Below, one piece after another: positions 18,256-27,768 of a DNA stretch of 64,000 bases. The stretch covers positions 256,001-320,000 of the forward strand of contig CAWDRG010000009.1 in assembly GCA_963804645.1 (NCBI GenBank), given 5' to 3'. Made by a program: the position numbers and the translations under genes. Position 1 is the stretch's first letter. Each line of letters opens with the position of its first letter. Source of the DNA: an uncultured Bacillota bacterium. GTDB lineage: Bacteria; Sysuimicrobiota; Sysuimicrobiia; Sysuimicrobiales; Segetimicrobiaceae. The notes beneath the pieces are model-generated. The model did not search any database and had not been told where the DNA came from. It saw only the letters and a list, made by a program, of their open reading frames with translations.

Positions 18256-19287
18256 ATGCCAGAGCTTCGCAAGGACGCGATCGAGCGCCGGTGGGTGATC
18301 ATCGCCACCGAGCGCGCCATGCGTCCGACGGACTTCGCTCCGGCCCCGCCGGAGCCGGACACGTCGGCGATGTGCCCGTTCTGCGAGGGGCGGGAATCCG
18401 CGACGCCGCCGGAAATCTCGGCGGTGCGCCGGCCCGACACGCAGCGCAACGGGCCGGGCTGGCAGGTCCGCGTCGTCCCGAACAAGTTTCCGGCGCTGCG
18501 CATCGAAGGATCGACGGACGTCGTCACCTCCGGGATGTTCGAGTCCATGGGCGGCGTCGGCGCGCATGAGGTCATCATCGAGACGCCGCAGCACCGCACG
18601 CATGCCGGGGTGATGTCGCCGGGCCAGCTCGCCTCGGTGTTCTGGATGTACCGCGAGCGCTACCAGGACCTCCAGCGCGACCCGCGGTTCAAGTACCTGC
18701 TGCTGTTTCGCAACCACGGCCGGCCCGCCGGTGCCTCGCTGACGCACCCGCACTCGCAGCTGATCGCGCTCCCGATCGTGCCCAAGCGCGCCACCGAGGA
18801 GCTGGAAGGCGCGCAGCAGCATTTTGCCCGCGAGGGCCGCTGCGTGTACTGCGACGTCCTGCAGCAGGAGCAGGCGGAGCGCACGCGCGTGGTCTGGGAG
18901 AACGATGAGTTTGTCGCGTTCGTGCCCTACGCGGCGTGGACCCCCTTCGAGATGTGCATCCTGCCGAAGCGCCATGAGGCGAGCTTCGGCGCGCTCGCGG
19001 ACAGCCAGCTGCTCCCGCTCGGCGAGGTGATGCAGCAGGCGCTCGGACGGCTCTACACCTGCCTCCAGAACCCCCCCTACAACTACATCGTGCACAGCGC
19101 GCCGTACGAGGGCAGGGTCGGACACTACTACCACTGGCACATCGAAATCATGCCGCGGCTCTCCCAAGTCGCCGGCTTTGAATGGGGGTCCGGGTTTTAC
19201 ATCAATACCGTCCCCCCCGAGGACGCCGCGCGGTATCTCCGGGACGTAACGGCTGCGTTTGCCCCGCAGGAAGCGCCCACCAGATAG
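18256..19287 (+). CDS. GalT-family nucleotidyltransferase (galactose-1-P uridylyltransferase / ADP-glucose phosphorylase-like)
   Basis: MPELRKD, CPFCEG, VVPNKFPAL, NHG..AGASLTHPHSQ, YHWHIEI and AGFEWGSG motifs. GGAGG RBS. Confidence 0.9.
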   Translation: MPELRKDAIERRWVIIATERAMRPTDFAPAPPEPDTSAMCPFCEGRESATPPEISAVRRPDTQRNGPGWQVRVVPNKFPALRIEGSTDVVTSGMFESMGGVGAHEVIIETPQHRTHAGVMSPGQLASVFWMYRERYQDLQRDPRFKYLLLFRNHGRPAGASLTHPHSQLIALPIVPKRATEELEGAQQHFAREGRCVYCDVLQQEQAERTRVVWENDEFVAFVPYAAWTPFEMCILPKRHEASFGALADSQLLPLGEVMQQALGRLYTCLQNPPYNYIVHSAPYEGRVGHYYHWHIEIMPRLSQVAGFEWGSGFYINTVPPEDAARYLRDVTAAFAPQEAPTR

Positions 19288-19401
19288 CGAACCCCTCCTC
19301 CTACCCACGGCGTCGCTCGACGCCGGCGGCGCGGGCTGCGGCGCGTCCGCAGCATCGGCCCGACGTGGGCCGCGCGTGTCGAACACTCGAACAGAGGAGG
19401 G

Positions 19402-21006
19402 ATGCCGATGCGAATTGCACGGGGCGTCTGGTGGGGCGCCTGCACCCTGCTCTTGGTCGCGGTACTCGCCGGCGCGGGGATGGTCACCGCGGCGACCATG
19501 GGCGGGACCTTGACGATCGGGCTCGACCAGGAACCCCCGACGCTCGATCCCGAGGCGTCGCCGTCGGCGTCGACGTTCCAGATCATCCCGGACGTCACGG
19601 AAAGCCTGCTGTACCAGGGCGTGGACGGCAAGATCGTGCCGTGGCTCGCCACAGGGTACACGGTCTCTCCCGACGGGAAGTCGTTCACGTTCACGCTGCG
19701 CAACGACGTCAAGTTCACCGACGGGACGCCGTTCAACGCGGATGCGGTCAAGTGGAACTTCGACCGCATCGTGAACCCCAACTATAAGGCGGGCGGCTCC
19801 CTCGGCACGGTCGTGGGATACGTCGGCACGACGGTCGTCAACGACACCACGGTGCGCATCGACTTCAAGGATGCCAACGCGCCGTTCCTCGCGTACGTGG
19901 CCGGCGGCAACGACGCGATGGTGTCGCCGAAGGCGACCCAGGCTCAGCCGAACGACGTCAACCTGAAGCCGGTCGGGACCGGTCAGTTCATCATCTCCGA
20001 GTACGTCGCCAAAGACCATGTGACGCTCGTCAAGAACGCGGCGTACAACCGCCGCGCCCCGTGGAGCGATCACCAGGGCGCGCCGTACGTCGACCGGGTC
20101 ATCTGGAAGTTCATCCCCGAGGCGAGCACGCGCGTGACCACGGTCCAGTCGGGCGAGACGCAGATGATCAGCACGCTGCAGGTGCCGGCGGCCACGCTCG
20201 CCAGCCTGCGGGCCGACAAGACCATGCGCGTCGACAGCGTCCCGTACCCCGGCGCGCCCGAGATCTGGATGCTGAACGTGAAGCTCGCGCCGACCAACGA
20301 CCTCAAAGTCCGGCAGGCGATCAACTACGGCGTCAGCCGGGAAGCGTTCGTCGAATCCCTGTTCAAGGGGCTCGGCACGGCGGCGTGCGCGCCCCTGACC
20401 CTGCACACCCTGAACGATCCGGCGCTGTGCCAGGCGTATCCGTACGACCCGAAGAAAGCGGCCCAGATCCTCGACGAAGACGGCTGGACGATGGGGCCGA
20501 ACAACATCCGCATGAAGGGCGGCAAGCCGCTCACGCTCATCATCAACTCGATCAACTACGGCAACGGGAACGCCCCCGAGGCGGAGCTGCTGCAGGGGCA
20601 GCTGCTGTCGCTCGGGATCGACGCGCAGCTGAAGAACCAGGCGCGGCCGCCGTGGTACGAGGACAACTACCACTGTGCGACCAACGGGCCGATTCTGTTC
20701 CTGCGCAGCGTGGATCCCGACGGGCTGTATTTCCTGTTCCACTCGTCGAACATCGGCGGGAACTTCAACTGGGCGTGCTACTCGAACTCCGACATCGACA
20801 AGATGCTCGTCGACGGCCGGACGACCTCCGATCCGGCGAAGCGGCGGGCGATCTACGACAAGATCGAGCACATGCTCGTGGACCAGGCGGTGTCGGTCCC
20901 GCTCGTGGACCAGCTGTCGGTCTGGGTCGTCCGGGCCAACGTCACCGGCACCAAGTACAACTACTCGGCGTACCCCATCATGACCGACGTTCAGATCGGG
21001 AAATAG
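19402..21006 (+). CDS. ABC transporter substrate-binding protein, family 5
   Basis: Signal peptide, TLDP, FTLRNDVKFTDGTPFNADAVKWNF and VRQAINYG motifs. Confidence 0.95.
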   Translation: MPMRIARGVWWGACTLLLVAVLAGAGMVTAATMGGTLTIGLDQEPPTLDPEASPSASTFQIIPDVTESLLYQGVDGKIVPWLATGYTVSPDGKSFTFTLRNDVKFTDGTPFNADAVKWNFDRIVNPNYKAGGSLGTVVGYVGTTVVNDTTVRIDFKDANAPFLAYVAGGNDAMVSPKATQAQPNDVNLKPVGTGQFIISEYVAKDHVTLVKNAAYNRRAPWSDHQGAPYVDRVIWKFIPEASTRVTTVQSGETQMISTLQVPAATLASLRADKTMRVDSVPYPGAPEIWMLNVKLAPTNDLKVRQAINYGVSREAFVESLFKGLGTAACAPLTLHTLNDPALCQAYPYDPKKAAQILDEDGWTMGPNNIRMKGGKPLTLIINSINYGNGNAPEAELLQGQLLSLGIDAQLKNQARPPWYEDNYHCATNGPILFLRSVDPDGLYFLFHSSNIGGNFNWACYSNSDIDKMLVDGRTTSDPAKRRAIYDKIEHMLVDQAVSVPLVDQLSVWVVRANVTGTKYNYSAYPIMTDVQIGK

Positions 21007-21013
21007 ACGCGTA

Positions 21014-21043
21014 GGCGGGGCCGGCCCGCGGGCCGGCCCCGCC
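21014..21043. repeat. Perfect 30-bp palindrome between binding-protein and permease genes
   Basis: GGCGGGGCCGGCCCGCGGGCCGGCCCCGCC; its position is typical of an mRNA-stabilising or attenuating hairpin. Confidence 0.8.
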
Positions 21044-21057
21044 CTCCTCCGCCCTCC

Positions 21058-22002
21058 GTGCTCCGCTTCCTCTCGGCCCGGCTGCTCGCGACGATCCCGG
21101 TGGTGTTTGGCGTGACGGTGGCCGTGTTTTCGATGCTGTACCTGATCCCGGGCGATCCGGTCAAGATGATGTTGAGCGAGTTTCAGTCGACGCCCGAACA
21201 GATCGCCCACATGCGGGCGCAGCTCCACCTGGACGACCCGCCCTGGGTCCAGTACGGCCGCTTCGTGTGGAACGGCCTCCACGGGGACCTCGGAATGTCC
21301 ATCCGCGACGACCGCCCGGTCACCCAGGAGATCGAAGAGGTCTTTCCCTCGACGGTCGTGCTCGCGGTGGCCGCCCTCGCGATCTCGGCGACGTTGGGCG
21401 TGACGCTCGGCATCATCGCCGCGCTCCGCCAGAACACGTGGGCGGACGTCACCACGATGATGCTGGCGACCCTCGGCATCTCGATGCCCTCGTTCTGGCT
21501 CGCGCTGATGCTGATCTTCATCTTTTCGCTCTACTTCGGCCTCCTGCCGGCGGCCGGCGGCGGCGAGCCCGGCCAGATCGGCGACATCCTCGCCCATCTC
21601 ATCATGCCCGCGGTGGCCCTCGGGGTCGGCGCGGCGGCGATCATCGCCCGGCTGACGCGCTCGAGCATGCTGGACGTGCTGCGCCTCGAGTACATGAACA
21701 CCGCGCGGGCGAAGGGCCTCAACGGCGCGACGGTCGTGCTGCGCCACGGACTGCAGAACGCGCTCATCCCGATCATCACGATCTTCGGGCTGCAGTTCGG
21801 CGCGCTGCTCGCCGGCACGGTGTTCATCGAGACGGTGTTCGGGCGGCCGGGACTCGGCCGGCTCGTCGTCAACGCGATCTTGAACAAGGACTTCCCGCTG
21901 GTGCAGGGCGGCGTGCTGGTCTTTGCCATCGGGTACGTCTTCGTCAACCTGCTGGTGGATCTCGTCTACGCCGTCGTCGATCCGAGAATCCGCTATGGCT
22001 GA
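21058..22002 (+). CDS. ABC transporter permease (DppB type)
   Basis: PGDP, GDLG, EYMNTARAKGL and DPRIRY motifs. Confidence 0.95.
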   Translation: MLRFLSARLLATIPVVFGVTVAVFSMLYLIPGDPVKMMLSEFQSTPEQIAHMRAQLHLDDPPWVQYGRFVWNGLHGDLGMSIRDDRPVTQEIEEVFPSTVVLAVAALAISATLGVTLGIIAALRQNTWADVTTMMLATLGISMPSFWLALMLIFIFSLYFGLLPAAGGGEPGQIGDILAHLIMPAVALGVGAAAIIARLTRSSMLDVLRLEYMNTARAKGLNGATVVLRHGLQNALIPIITIFGLQFGALLAGTVFIETVFGRPGLGRLVVNAILNKDFPLVQGGVLVFAIGYVFVNLLVDLVYAVVDPRIRYG

Positions 22003-22882
22003 CGCGCTCGCCGCCGCGGCGCCCGCCGCCCGCACCCGCACGCGGACGCGCTGGCAGATGCTCGCCCCGCGCATCCGCCGGCACAGAGGCCTGCTGCTCG
22101 GCGCGGGCATCCTCGTGTGCCTGTCCGCCATCGCGCTGGCGCAGAACACGGTCGCCCCGCAGAACCCGATCAAGATCGACATCACCCAGGCGCTGCAGCC
22201 GCCGAACCGGGCGCACGTCATGGGGACCGACGCGTTCGGCCGGGACGTCTTCAGCCGCGTGGTGCACGGCGCGCGCATCTCGCTCACGGTCGGCGCGATC
22301 TCGGTCGTGATCGCCGCGACCGTGGGCACCACCGTCGGGCTCGTGGCCGGCTACGCGGGAGGGAGCGTCGACGCCGTCGCCATGCGGATCATCGACGTCC
22401 TGCTGGCGTTCCCCGGCGTGCTGCTCGCGCTCGGCATCGTGAGCGTGCTCGGTCCAAACCTCCAAAACCTGATGATCGCGGTCGGCGTCTCGGGGATCCC
22501 GGTGTACGCGCGGCTCGTGCGCAGCACGGTGCTCGTCGCGAAAGAGCAGCTGTACGTGGAGGCGGCGCGGGTGATCGGCGTGCCGATCCCGGTGATCCTG
22601 GCCCGCCACATCCTCCCGAACGTGGGCGCGCCGATCATCGTCGCCGCCTCGCTCGGCATGGGGACGTCCATCCTCGCCGCGGCCGGATTATCGTTCATCG
22701 GGCTCGGCAGCACGCCGCCGACGCCCGAATGGGGCCGCATGCTGACGGAGGGGCGCGACTATCTTCGGGACGCGTGGTGGATCTCGACGTTTCCGGGCAT
22801 CGCCATCATGATCACCGTGCTCGGGGTCAATCTGCTCGGCGACGGGCTGCGGGACGTGCTGGACCCGCGCCTGCGGGTGTAA
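21995..22882 (+). CDS. ABC transporter permease (DppC type)
   Basis: MGTDAFGRD, YVEAARVIG, PEWG and GDGLRDVLDP motifs. Confidence 0.95.
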   Translation: MADALAAAAPAARTRTRTRWQMLAPRIRRHRGLLLGAGILVCLSAIALAQNTVAPQNPIKIDITQALQPPNRAHVMGTDAFGRDVFSRVVHGARISLTVGAISVVIAATVGTTVGLVAGYAGGSVDAVAMRIIDVLLAFPGVLLALGIVSVLGPNLQNLMIAVGVSGIPVYARLVRSTVLVAKEQLYVEAARVIGVPIPVILARHILPNVGAPIIVAASLGMGTSILAAAGLSFIGLGSTPPTPEWGRMLTEGRDYLRDAWWISTFPGIAIMITVLGVNLLGDGLRDVLDPRLRV

Positions 22883-22928
22883 GCCGCGCCGGGCCGCACA
22901 GGCCGGCGGGATTCGAAGGAGGCGGGAG

Positions 22929-23690
22929 ATGCGGGACACGGTCTTGATCGAAGAGATGACCTGGCCGGAGGTCCGGGACGCGATCGCGGGCGGCAAGCGG
23001 CGCGTGATCGTGATGCTCGGCGCGATGGAGCAGCACGGCCCCCACATGCCGATCGGCGTCGACACCTACCTCGGCTACGCCACCGGGACGCGCCTCGCGC
23101 GCCGGCTCAAGGACGCGCTGGTCGCCCCGGTCGTGTCCCTCGGGTACTCCGCGGGGCATCTGCCGATGGCCGGAACCGTCAGCATCGAGGAGCCCGTCCT
23201 GGAAGCGACGATTCTGGACGTCTGCCGATCGCTCGCCCACCACGGGTTTCGCGAGATCATTCTGCTGTGCAGCCACGGCGGCAACTACCGCGCGCTCAGG
23301 AACGTCCTGCCGAAGCTGCGCGCCGAGCACGCCGCGATCCGGATCTCCGCGATCACCGACTTCGACGAGTGGCTCGAGAACACGAAGCAGTTCGCCGCGC
23401 GCGAGGGGCTGGAGATGGCGCGCCTCGGCGTGCACGCCGCGCAGGGCGAGACGTCGCTGATGCTGGCGCACCGCCCCGATCTCGTGCAGATGGACAAGGC
23501 ATGCGAGGGGTTCATCGGCGACGCGTCGATCCGCTGGAAGTCGAAGGTCCCGCCGCCGATGGACACGATGAGCCCGACGGGGATCCTGGGCGACGCCCGC
23601 CACTCCAGCGCCGAGCTCGGGGAGAAGATGTTCGCGGACCGGATCGAGCGGATCGCGAAGATGATCGAAGCGGGCGAGTTGGCGGGCTGA
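22929..23690 (+). CDS. Creatininase-family amidohydrolase
   Basis: EMTWPE, EQHGPHMP..D, SHGGN, HA..GETS and GILGD motifs. Confidence 0.92.
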   Translation: MRDTVLIEEMTWPEVRDAIAGGKRRVIVMLGAMEQHGPHMPIGVDTYLGYATGTRLARRLKDALVAPVVSLGYSAGHLPMAGTVSIEEPVLEATILDVCRSLAHHGFREIILLCSHGGNYRALRNVLPKLRAEHAAIRISAITDFDEWLENTKQFAAREGLEMARLGVHAAQGETSLMLAHRPDLVQMDKACEGFIGDASIRWKSKVPPPMDTMSPTGILGDARHSSAELGEKMFADRIERIAKMIEAGELAG

Positions 23691-23694
23691 GCGC

Positions 23695-24951
23695 ATGACG
23701 GCCGCCGGATCCCCGTCCCCGTGGCACGTCGTCCGCGCCTCCCGGCTGCTCGACGGCAGCGGGGCGCCCGCGGTCGCCGATCCGGTCGTGGTGATCCACG
23801 CCGGGAAGATTCACGGCGTCTACCAGGGGACCGCGCCGGCGTCGGTGCCGACCGACGCCGCGGTGGTGAATCTCCCCGGCCACACCCTGCTGCCGGGGCT
23901 GATCGACGCGCACGTCCATCTGGTCCTGCCGGGCGACGGCACGCCGTTCGAGACGACGGTGGAGGAGACCGACGGGGTGCTCGTCGCGATCGCGTACGCC
24001 AACGCCCAGCGGTCGCTCCACGCGGGCATCACGACGCTGCGCGACTGCGGCGGACGGCGGGACACGACGCTCGATCTCCGGAGGGCCCAGCGGCTCGGGT
24101 ACGCGCACCTGCCCCGCCTCCACCTGTGCGGCCGTCCGATCACCATCACGGGCGGCCACTGCTGGTACTTTGGCGGTGAGGCGGACGGTCCGGACGAGCT
24201 GCGCCACATGGTCCGCTCACTGCTGAAGGACGGCGTCGACTACATCAAGATCATGGCGACCGGCGGCGGCACCGTCGGCACGATCTCCTACCTGCCATCG
24301 TACTCGGAGGACGAGCTGCGCGCCGCGGTCCACGAGGCCCACCGGTTCGGGCGGCGGGTGGGCATCCACTCCCTGTGCGCGGACGCGACCAGGTACGTCC
24401 TCGCGGCCGGCGCGGACCAGATCGAACACTGCAACTTTCTGGCCGACGGAGCCGGCCGGCAAGCGTTCGATCCCGCGACCGCCGAGGCGGTGGCGCGGGC
24501 CGGCACGCCGGTGACGACCACGCTGTCGGTCGGCCACTACATCATCGCGGCGATGGAGCACGAGGGCCGGCGCACGGGGACGGAGCGGGCGTACGTCGAC
24601 CGCTGGCGGCGCACGTTCGAGAACAATCTGGAAAACTTCCGGAAGATGCACGCGGCCGGCGTGCGCCTCGTCGCGGGCACGGACGCGGGATGGCGGTACA
24701 CGCCGTTCGACGGCCTGGCGACCGAGGTCGCGCTGCTGCGCGAGGTCGGCCTCACGACCCCGCAGGCCATCGCCGCCGCGTCGTCGGTCGGCGCGGCCGC
24801 GATGGGCATCGGCGACGACACGGGCACCATCCGGGAGGGCCTCGCGGCCGACCTCATCGCGGTCGCCGGCGATCCCGCGTCCGACATCGAAGTGCTCCGC
24901 CGACCGGCGTTCGTCATGCGCGGGGGAGAGATCGTCCGCGCCTCCGCGTAA
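23695..24951 (+). CDS. Metal-dependent amidohydrolase (imidazolonepropionase/prolidase-like)
   Basis: PGLIDAHVH, TGGH, IKIMATGG, IEH, AGTDAG and GLAADLIAV motifs. Confidence 0.92.
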   Translation: MTAAGSPSPWHVVRASRLLDGSGAPAVADPVVVIHAGKIHGVYQGTAPASVPTDAAVVNLPGHTLLPGLIDAHVHLVLPGDGTPFETTVEETDGVLVAIAYANAQRSLHAGITTLRDCGGRRDTTLDLRRAQRLGYAHLPRLHLCGRPITITGGHCWYFGGEADGPDELRHMVRSLLKDGVDYIKIMATGGGTVGTISYLPSYSEDELRAAVHEAHRFGRRVGIHSLCADATRYVLAAGADQIEHCNFLADGAGRQAFDPATAEAVARAGTPVTTTLSVGHYIIAAMEHEGRRTGTERAYVDRWRRTFENNLENFRKMHAAGVRLVAGTDAGWRYTPFDGLATEVALLREVGLTTPQAIAAASSVGAAAMGIGDDTGTIREGLAADLIAVAGDPASDIEVLRRPAFVMRGGEIVRASA

Positions 24952-25100
24952 ACCCTCGGGGAGATCCACACCCGCGCTCGCCGCTCCACGACGCCCGAAG
25001 ACAGAAACGTGACTGTCGGGCGCGCCAGGAACGCGGTACACTAGTGGGGAGAGCATACTCGGCAGGCGGCGCCGGAGTCCGGCCTGCGTGGAGCGATTCG

Positions 25101-25532
25101 ATGCGTACGTTCACGAGGACGTTGATGCTGGTGATCCTGCTCGCGGCGGCGGCCGCGCTGCCCGCTGCCGCGGTGGCCGACAGCGCGCCCTCCCACACGC
25201 TGGTCTGCATGACCGCGCCGACGGGCCCGCTCGCCGGACCGGCCGCGCCGGCCGCGCAGCCGCCCCTGTCGCTGGGCACGCCCAAGGGCACCGCGGCCGG
25301 CCCCACCACGACCGTGCCGCCCGTCATCCTGCTGACCCCGCAGCCTCAGACCGGCGCGTACGTGGTCCCGACGCTGACGACGATGCCGTCGCTGCCCGGC
25401 GTGACGGTGTACGCGCCGCAGGTCGTGATCCCGCCGCTGCCGGCGCCCGGGCAGAATCGGGCGGTCGCCGCGACGGGCCAGCTCCAGGGCGTGGTCGGGC
25501 CGTCCGCCGCCGCGACGCCGATCTGCTACTGA
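25101..25532 (+). CDS. Secreted Pro/Ala-rich hypothetical protein
   Basis: Clear Sec signal MRTFTRTLMLVILLAAAAALPAAAVA-D, GGAG RBS and GC3-rich codons. Confidence 0.65.
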   Translation: MRTFTRTLMLVILLAAAAALPAAAVADSAPSHTLVCMTAPTGPLAGPAAPAAQPPLSLGTPKGTAAGPTTTVPPVILLTPQPQTGAYVVPTLTTMPSLPGVTVYAPQVVIPPLPAPGQNRAVAATGQLQGVVGPSAAATPICY

Positions 25533-27049
25533 TCGAGCCCGTAGAGCTCCCCGAACTTCTCCCGTAGATACGCGAGGTACGGCTCCGGGGTGAGCGGGCC
25601 GCCGGTCGCGCGAATCATGAGATCGCGCGGCGTGAGCTTCCGGCCGTACGCGTGCACGTGCGCGCGCATCCACGCGAGCAGGGTCTCGAACTCGCCGTGC
25701 CGGATTCGGTCGACCAGGTCCGGGTGCGCCCGCCGCGCGGCCTCGAACAACTGCACCGACGCGACGTTCCCGATCGTGTACGACGGAAAGTAGCCGATCA
25801 GGCCGGCGGCCCAGTGCGTGTCCTGCATCACCCCGTCGGCGTCCGTGGGTGGCGTCAGTCCGAGGTACGCGGCCATCTTCGCGTTCCACGCCTCCGGCAA
25901 GTCGGCGACGCGCAGCGCCCCGCTGATCACCGCCTGCTCGAGCTCGAAGCGCAGGATGATGTGAAGGTTGTACGTGACCTCGTCCGCGTGGATCCGGATG
26001 AGCGTCGGCCGCACGCGGTTGATCGCGCGGTAGAACGTGTCCGCATCGAGGACCCCGAGCTGCGCGGGGAACGCCCTGCGGAGGGCGGGGAACGCGTGCT
26101 CCCAGAATCCGCGGCTGCGCCCAACCAGGTTCTCCCACATCCGCGACTGGGACTCGTGGATGCCCATGCCCGCCCCGTCGGCGAGCGGCGTGCGCGACAG
26201 CGATGCCGGGATGCCCTGCCCGTACATCGCGTGGCCGGACTCGTGGAAGATTCCAAAGATCGCCCCGAGCCCGCTGGGCCGGAACCGCGTCGTGATCCGC
26301 ACGTCGTCCCGGCTGAAATCCGTGCAGAAGGGGTGCGCGGAGACGTCGAGGCGGCCGCGGGTCGTATCGTAGCCAAACGCCTCCGCCATCGCGAGCCCGA
26401 ACGCGCGCTGCGGCGCCTCCGCGTATGCGGCATCGAGGACGTCGCCTCGGGCGGCCGTCCCGCGCTCTGTGATCGCGCGCACCAGCGGCACCGTCACTTC
26501 GAGCAGGCGGTCGAACAGCGCCCGCACCTCGCGGGAGGTCAGATCCGGCTCGCAGTCGTCCAGCAGCGCGTCGTAGGGGTGCTCGCGATAGCCAAGATAA
26601 TCGGCCTCCCGCCTCGCGAACTCGAACAGCCGCTCGAGGTGGGGGCGGAACGCCGCGAAGTCGTTGCGCGCGCGCGCCTCCTGCCAGACGGAGGTGCCGA
26701 GCGACGCCGCCTGCTGCTGCTCCGCCACGAACTCGGGCGGCAACTTGATCGCCTTCGTCAGATTGCGCCGGGTGACCCGAAGCAGCGCCGCGTCGTCGGA
26801 GTCCGCGTCGAGCCCGGCCCCGAGCGTCTCGGCCGCATCGAGCAGCGACTGCGTGCGCGTGGACGTGAACTGCTCGTGCGCGAGCTTGGCCAGCGTCGCG
26901 AGCTGCACCGCCCGCGCCTCCGCGCCGCCGGGCGGCATGTAGGTGTGCTGATCCCAGTCAAGGACGGCCGCCGCCGATTGGAGATCGGAGACCGTGGCGA
27001 GGTGCTCCTTCAGCTCGTCGAACGCCTTGCGGGCGGTATCCTGGGACAT
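25526..27049 (-). CDS. Carboxypeptidase M32 (Taq-type)
   Basis: LDWDQHTYMP, HPF, DVRITTR, HESGH zinc motif, HESQSR and GYFPSY. Start MSQD follows an AAGGAG RBS. Confidence 0.95.
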   Translation of the reverse strand: MSQDTARKAFDELKEHLATVSDLQSAAAVLDWDQHTYMPPGGAEARAVQLATLAKLAHEQFTSTRTQSLLDAAETLGAGLDADSDDAALLRVTRRNLTKAIKLPPEFVAEQQQAASLGTSVWQEARARNDFAAFRPHLERLFEFARREADYLGYREHPYDALLDDCEPDLTSREVRALFDRLLEVTVPLVRAITERGTAARGDVLDAAYAEAPQRAFGLAMAEAFGYDTTRGRLDVSAHPFCTDFSRDDVRITTRFRPSGLGAIFGIFHESGHAMYGQGIPASLSRTPLADGAGMGIHESQSRMWENLVGRSRGFWEHAFPALRRAFPAQLGVLDADTFYRAINRVRPTLIRIHADEVTYNLHIILRFELEQAVISGALRVADLPEAWNAKMAAYLGLTPPTDADGVMQDTHWAAGLIGYFPSYTIGNVASVQLFEAARRAHPDLVDRIRHGEFETLLAWMRAHVHAYGRKLTPRDLMIRATGGPLTPEPYLAYLREKFGELYGLDQ

Positions 27050-27084
27050 GCTCCCACGCTCCTTTGTCGGGCCGCGGCCCGTCG

Positions 27085-27651
27085 TCAGCCGAGCGGTGTC
27101 TGCGCCGCGCGCACCCGCCGGCCCGGCGCCGGCGGCGGACCCGGGTAGGTTACCGCGGTCCCGGTGACCACCGCCCACGGCGTGAGCGCGTGCGCACGGC
27201 TGCTCCCGGGACCCATGAGATCCACGACCGTGTCCCCATGCGCGACGAGCGCGTCCGCGACGAGCGAGCGGTGACAGCGCCACGGCACGGCCTCGGCGCA
27301 CATGATCGCGACCGGACCCTCGGCGTCGGCGATGCGCCGCAGCGACCGCAGGGCCGCGTCGAACTCCGGCGTCTGCATGTAGTCGGCGAACCCGCGGAAG
27401 CTCGCGTTGCGCCACGCCGTGTTGGTCGAGTCCGCGCGCGGCTTCCGGAGACCGCCGAGCGCGCCGAGGTGATGGTAGCGGATGCCGAACGACGGCAGGC
27501 TCACGGCCAGCGCATCCTGGTTGAACTGCGGCACGCGCCGCGACCGCGGCACGGTGCGGATATCGACCAGCGTCCGCACCCCGGCGCTCCGCAGCAGGTC
27601 GACAAACTCCTCCAGGGTGCGGGTCGAATGTCCGATCGTGAAGACGCGCAT
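27085..27651 (-). CDS. DUF488 family protein
   Basis: TIGHSTR, DIRTVPRSR, LGGLR, SFRGFADYM and MCAEAVPWRCHR motifs. Confidence 0.9.
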   Translation of the reverse strand: MRVFTIGHSTRTLEEFVDLLRSAGVRTLVDIRTVPRSRRVPQFNQDALAVSLPSFGIRYHHLGALGGLRKPRADSTNTAWRNASFRGFADYMQTPEFDAALRSLRRIADAEGPVAIMCAEAVPWRCHRSLVADALVAHGDTVVDLMGPGSSRAHALTPWAVVTGTAVTYPGPPPAPGRRVRAAQTPLG

Positions 27652-27749
27652 CGGGACTCCGCCGCCCGACCCTCCCTGGCTCCCCGCGGGCCGGACACGA
27701 CCGCAGACGAGTTCGCCGCGGGCCGCCGCGGGGTCCTCTCGTCACGGGA

Positions 27750-27758
27750 TGCTATACT
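27750..27758 (+). promoter_or_regulatory. Extended -10 element of glcD
   Basis: TGCTATACT lies 10 nt before GTG 27769. Confidence 0.55.
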
Positions 27759-27768
27759 AAAGAACGCC

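Noticed and set aside
18202..22332. 1376-aa minus-strand ORF and similar long ORFs (2196-4784, 41588-44029, 44608-47349, 52189-54486)
   Set aside because: Antisense shadows of well-supported genes, typical of high-GC DNA, with no motifs of their own.
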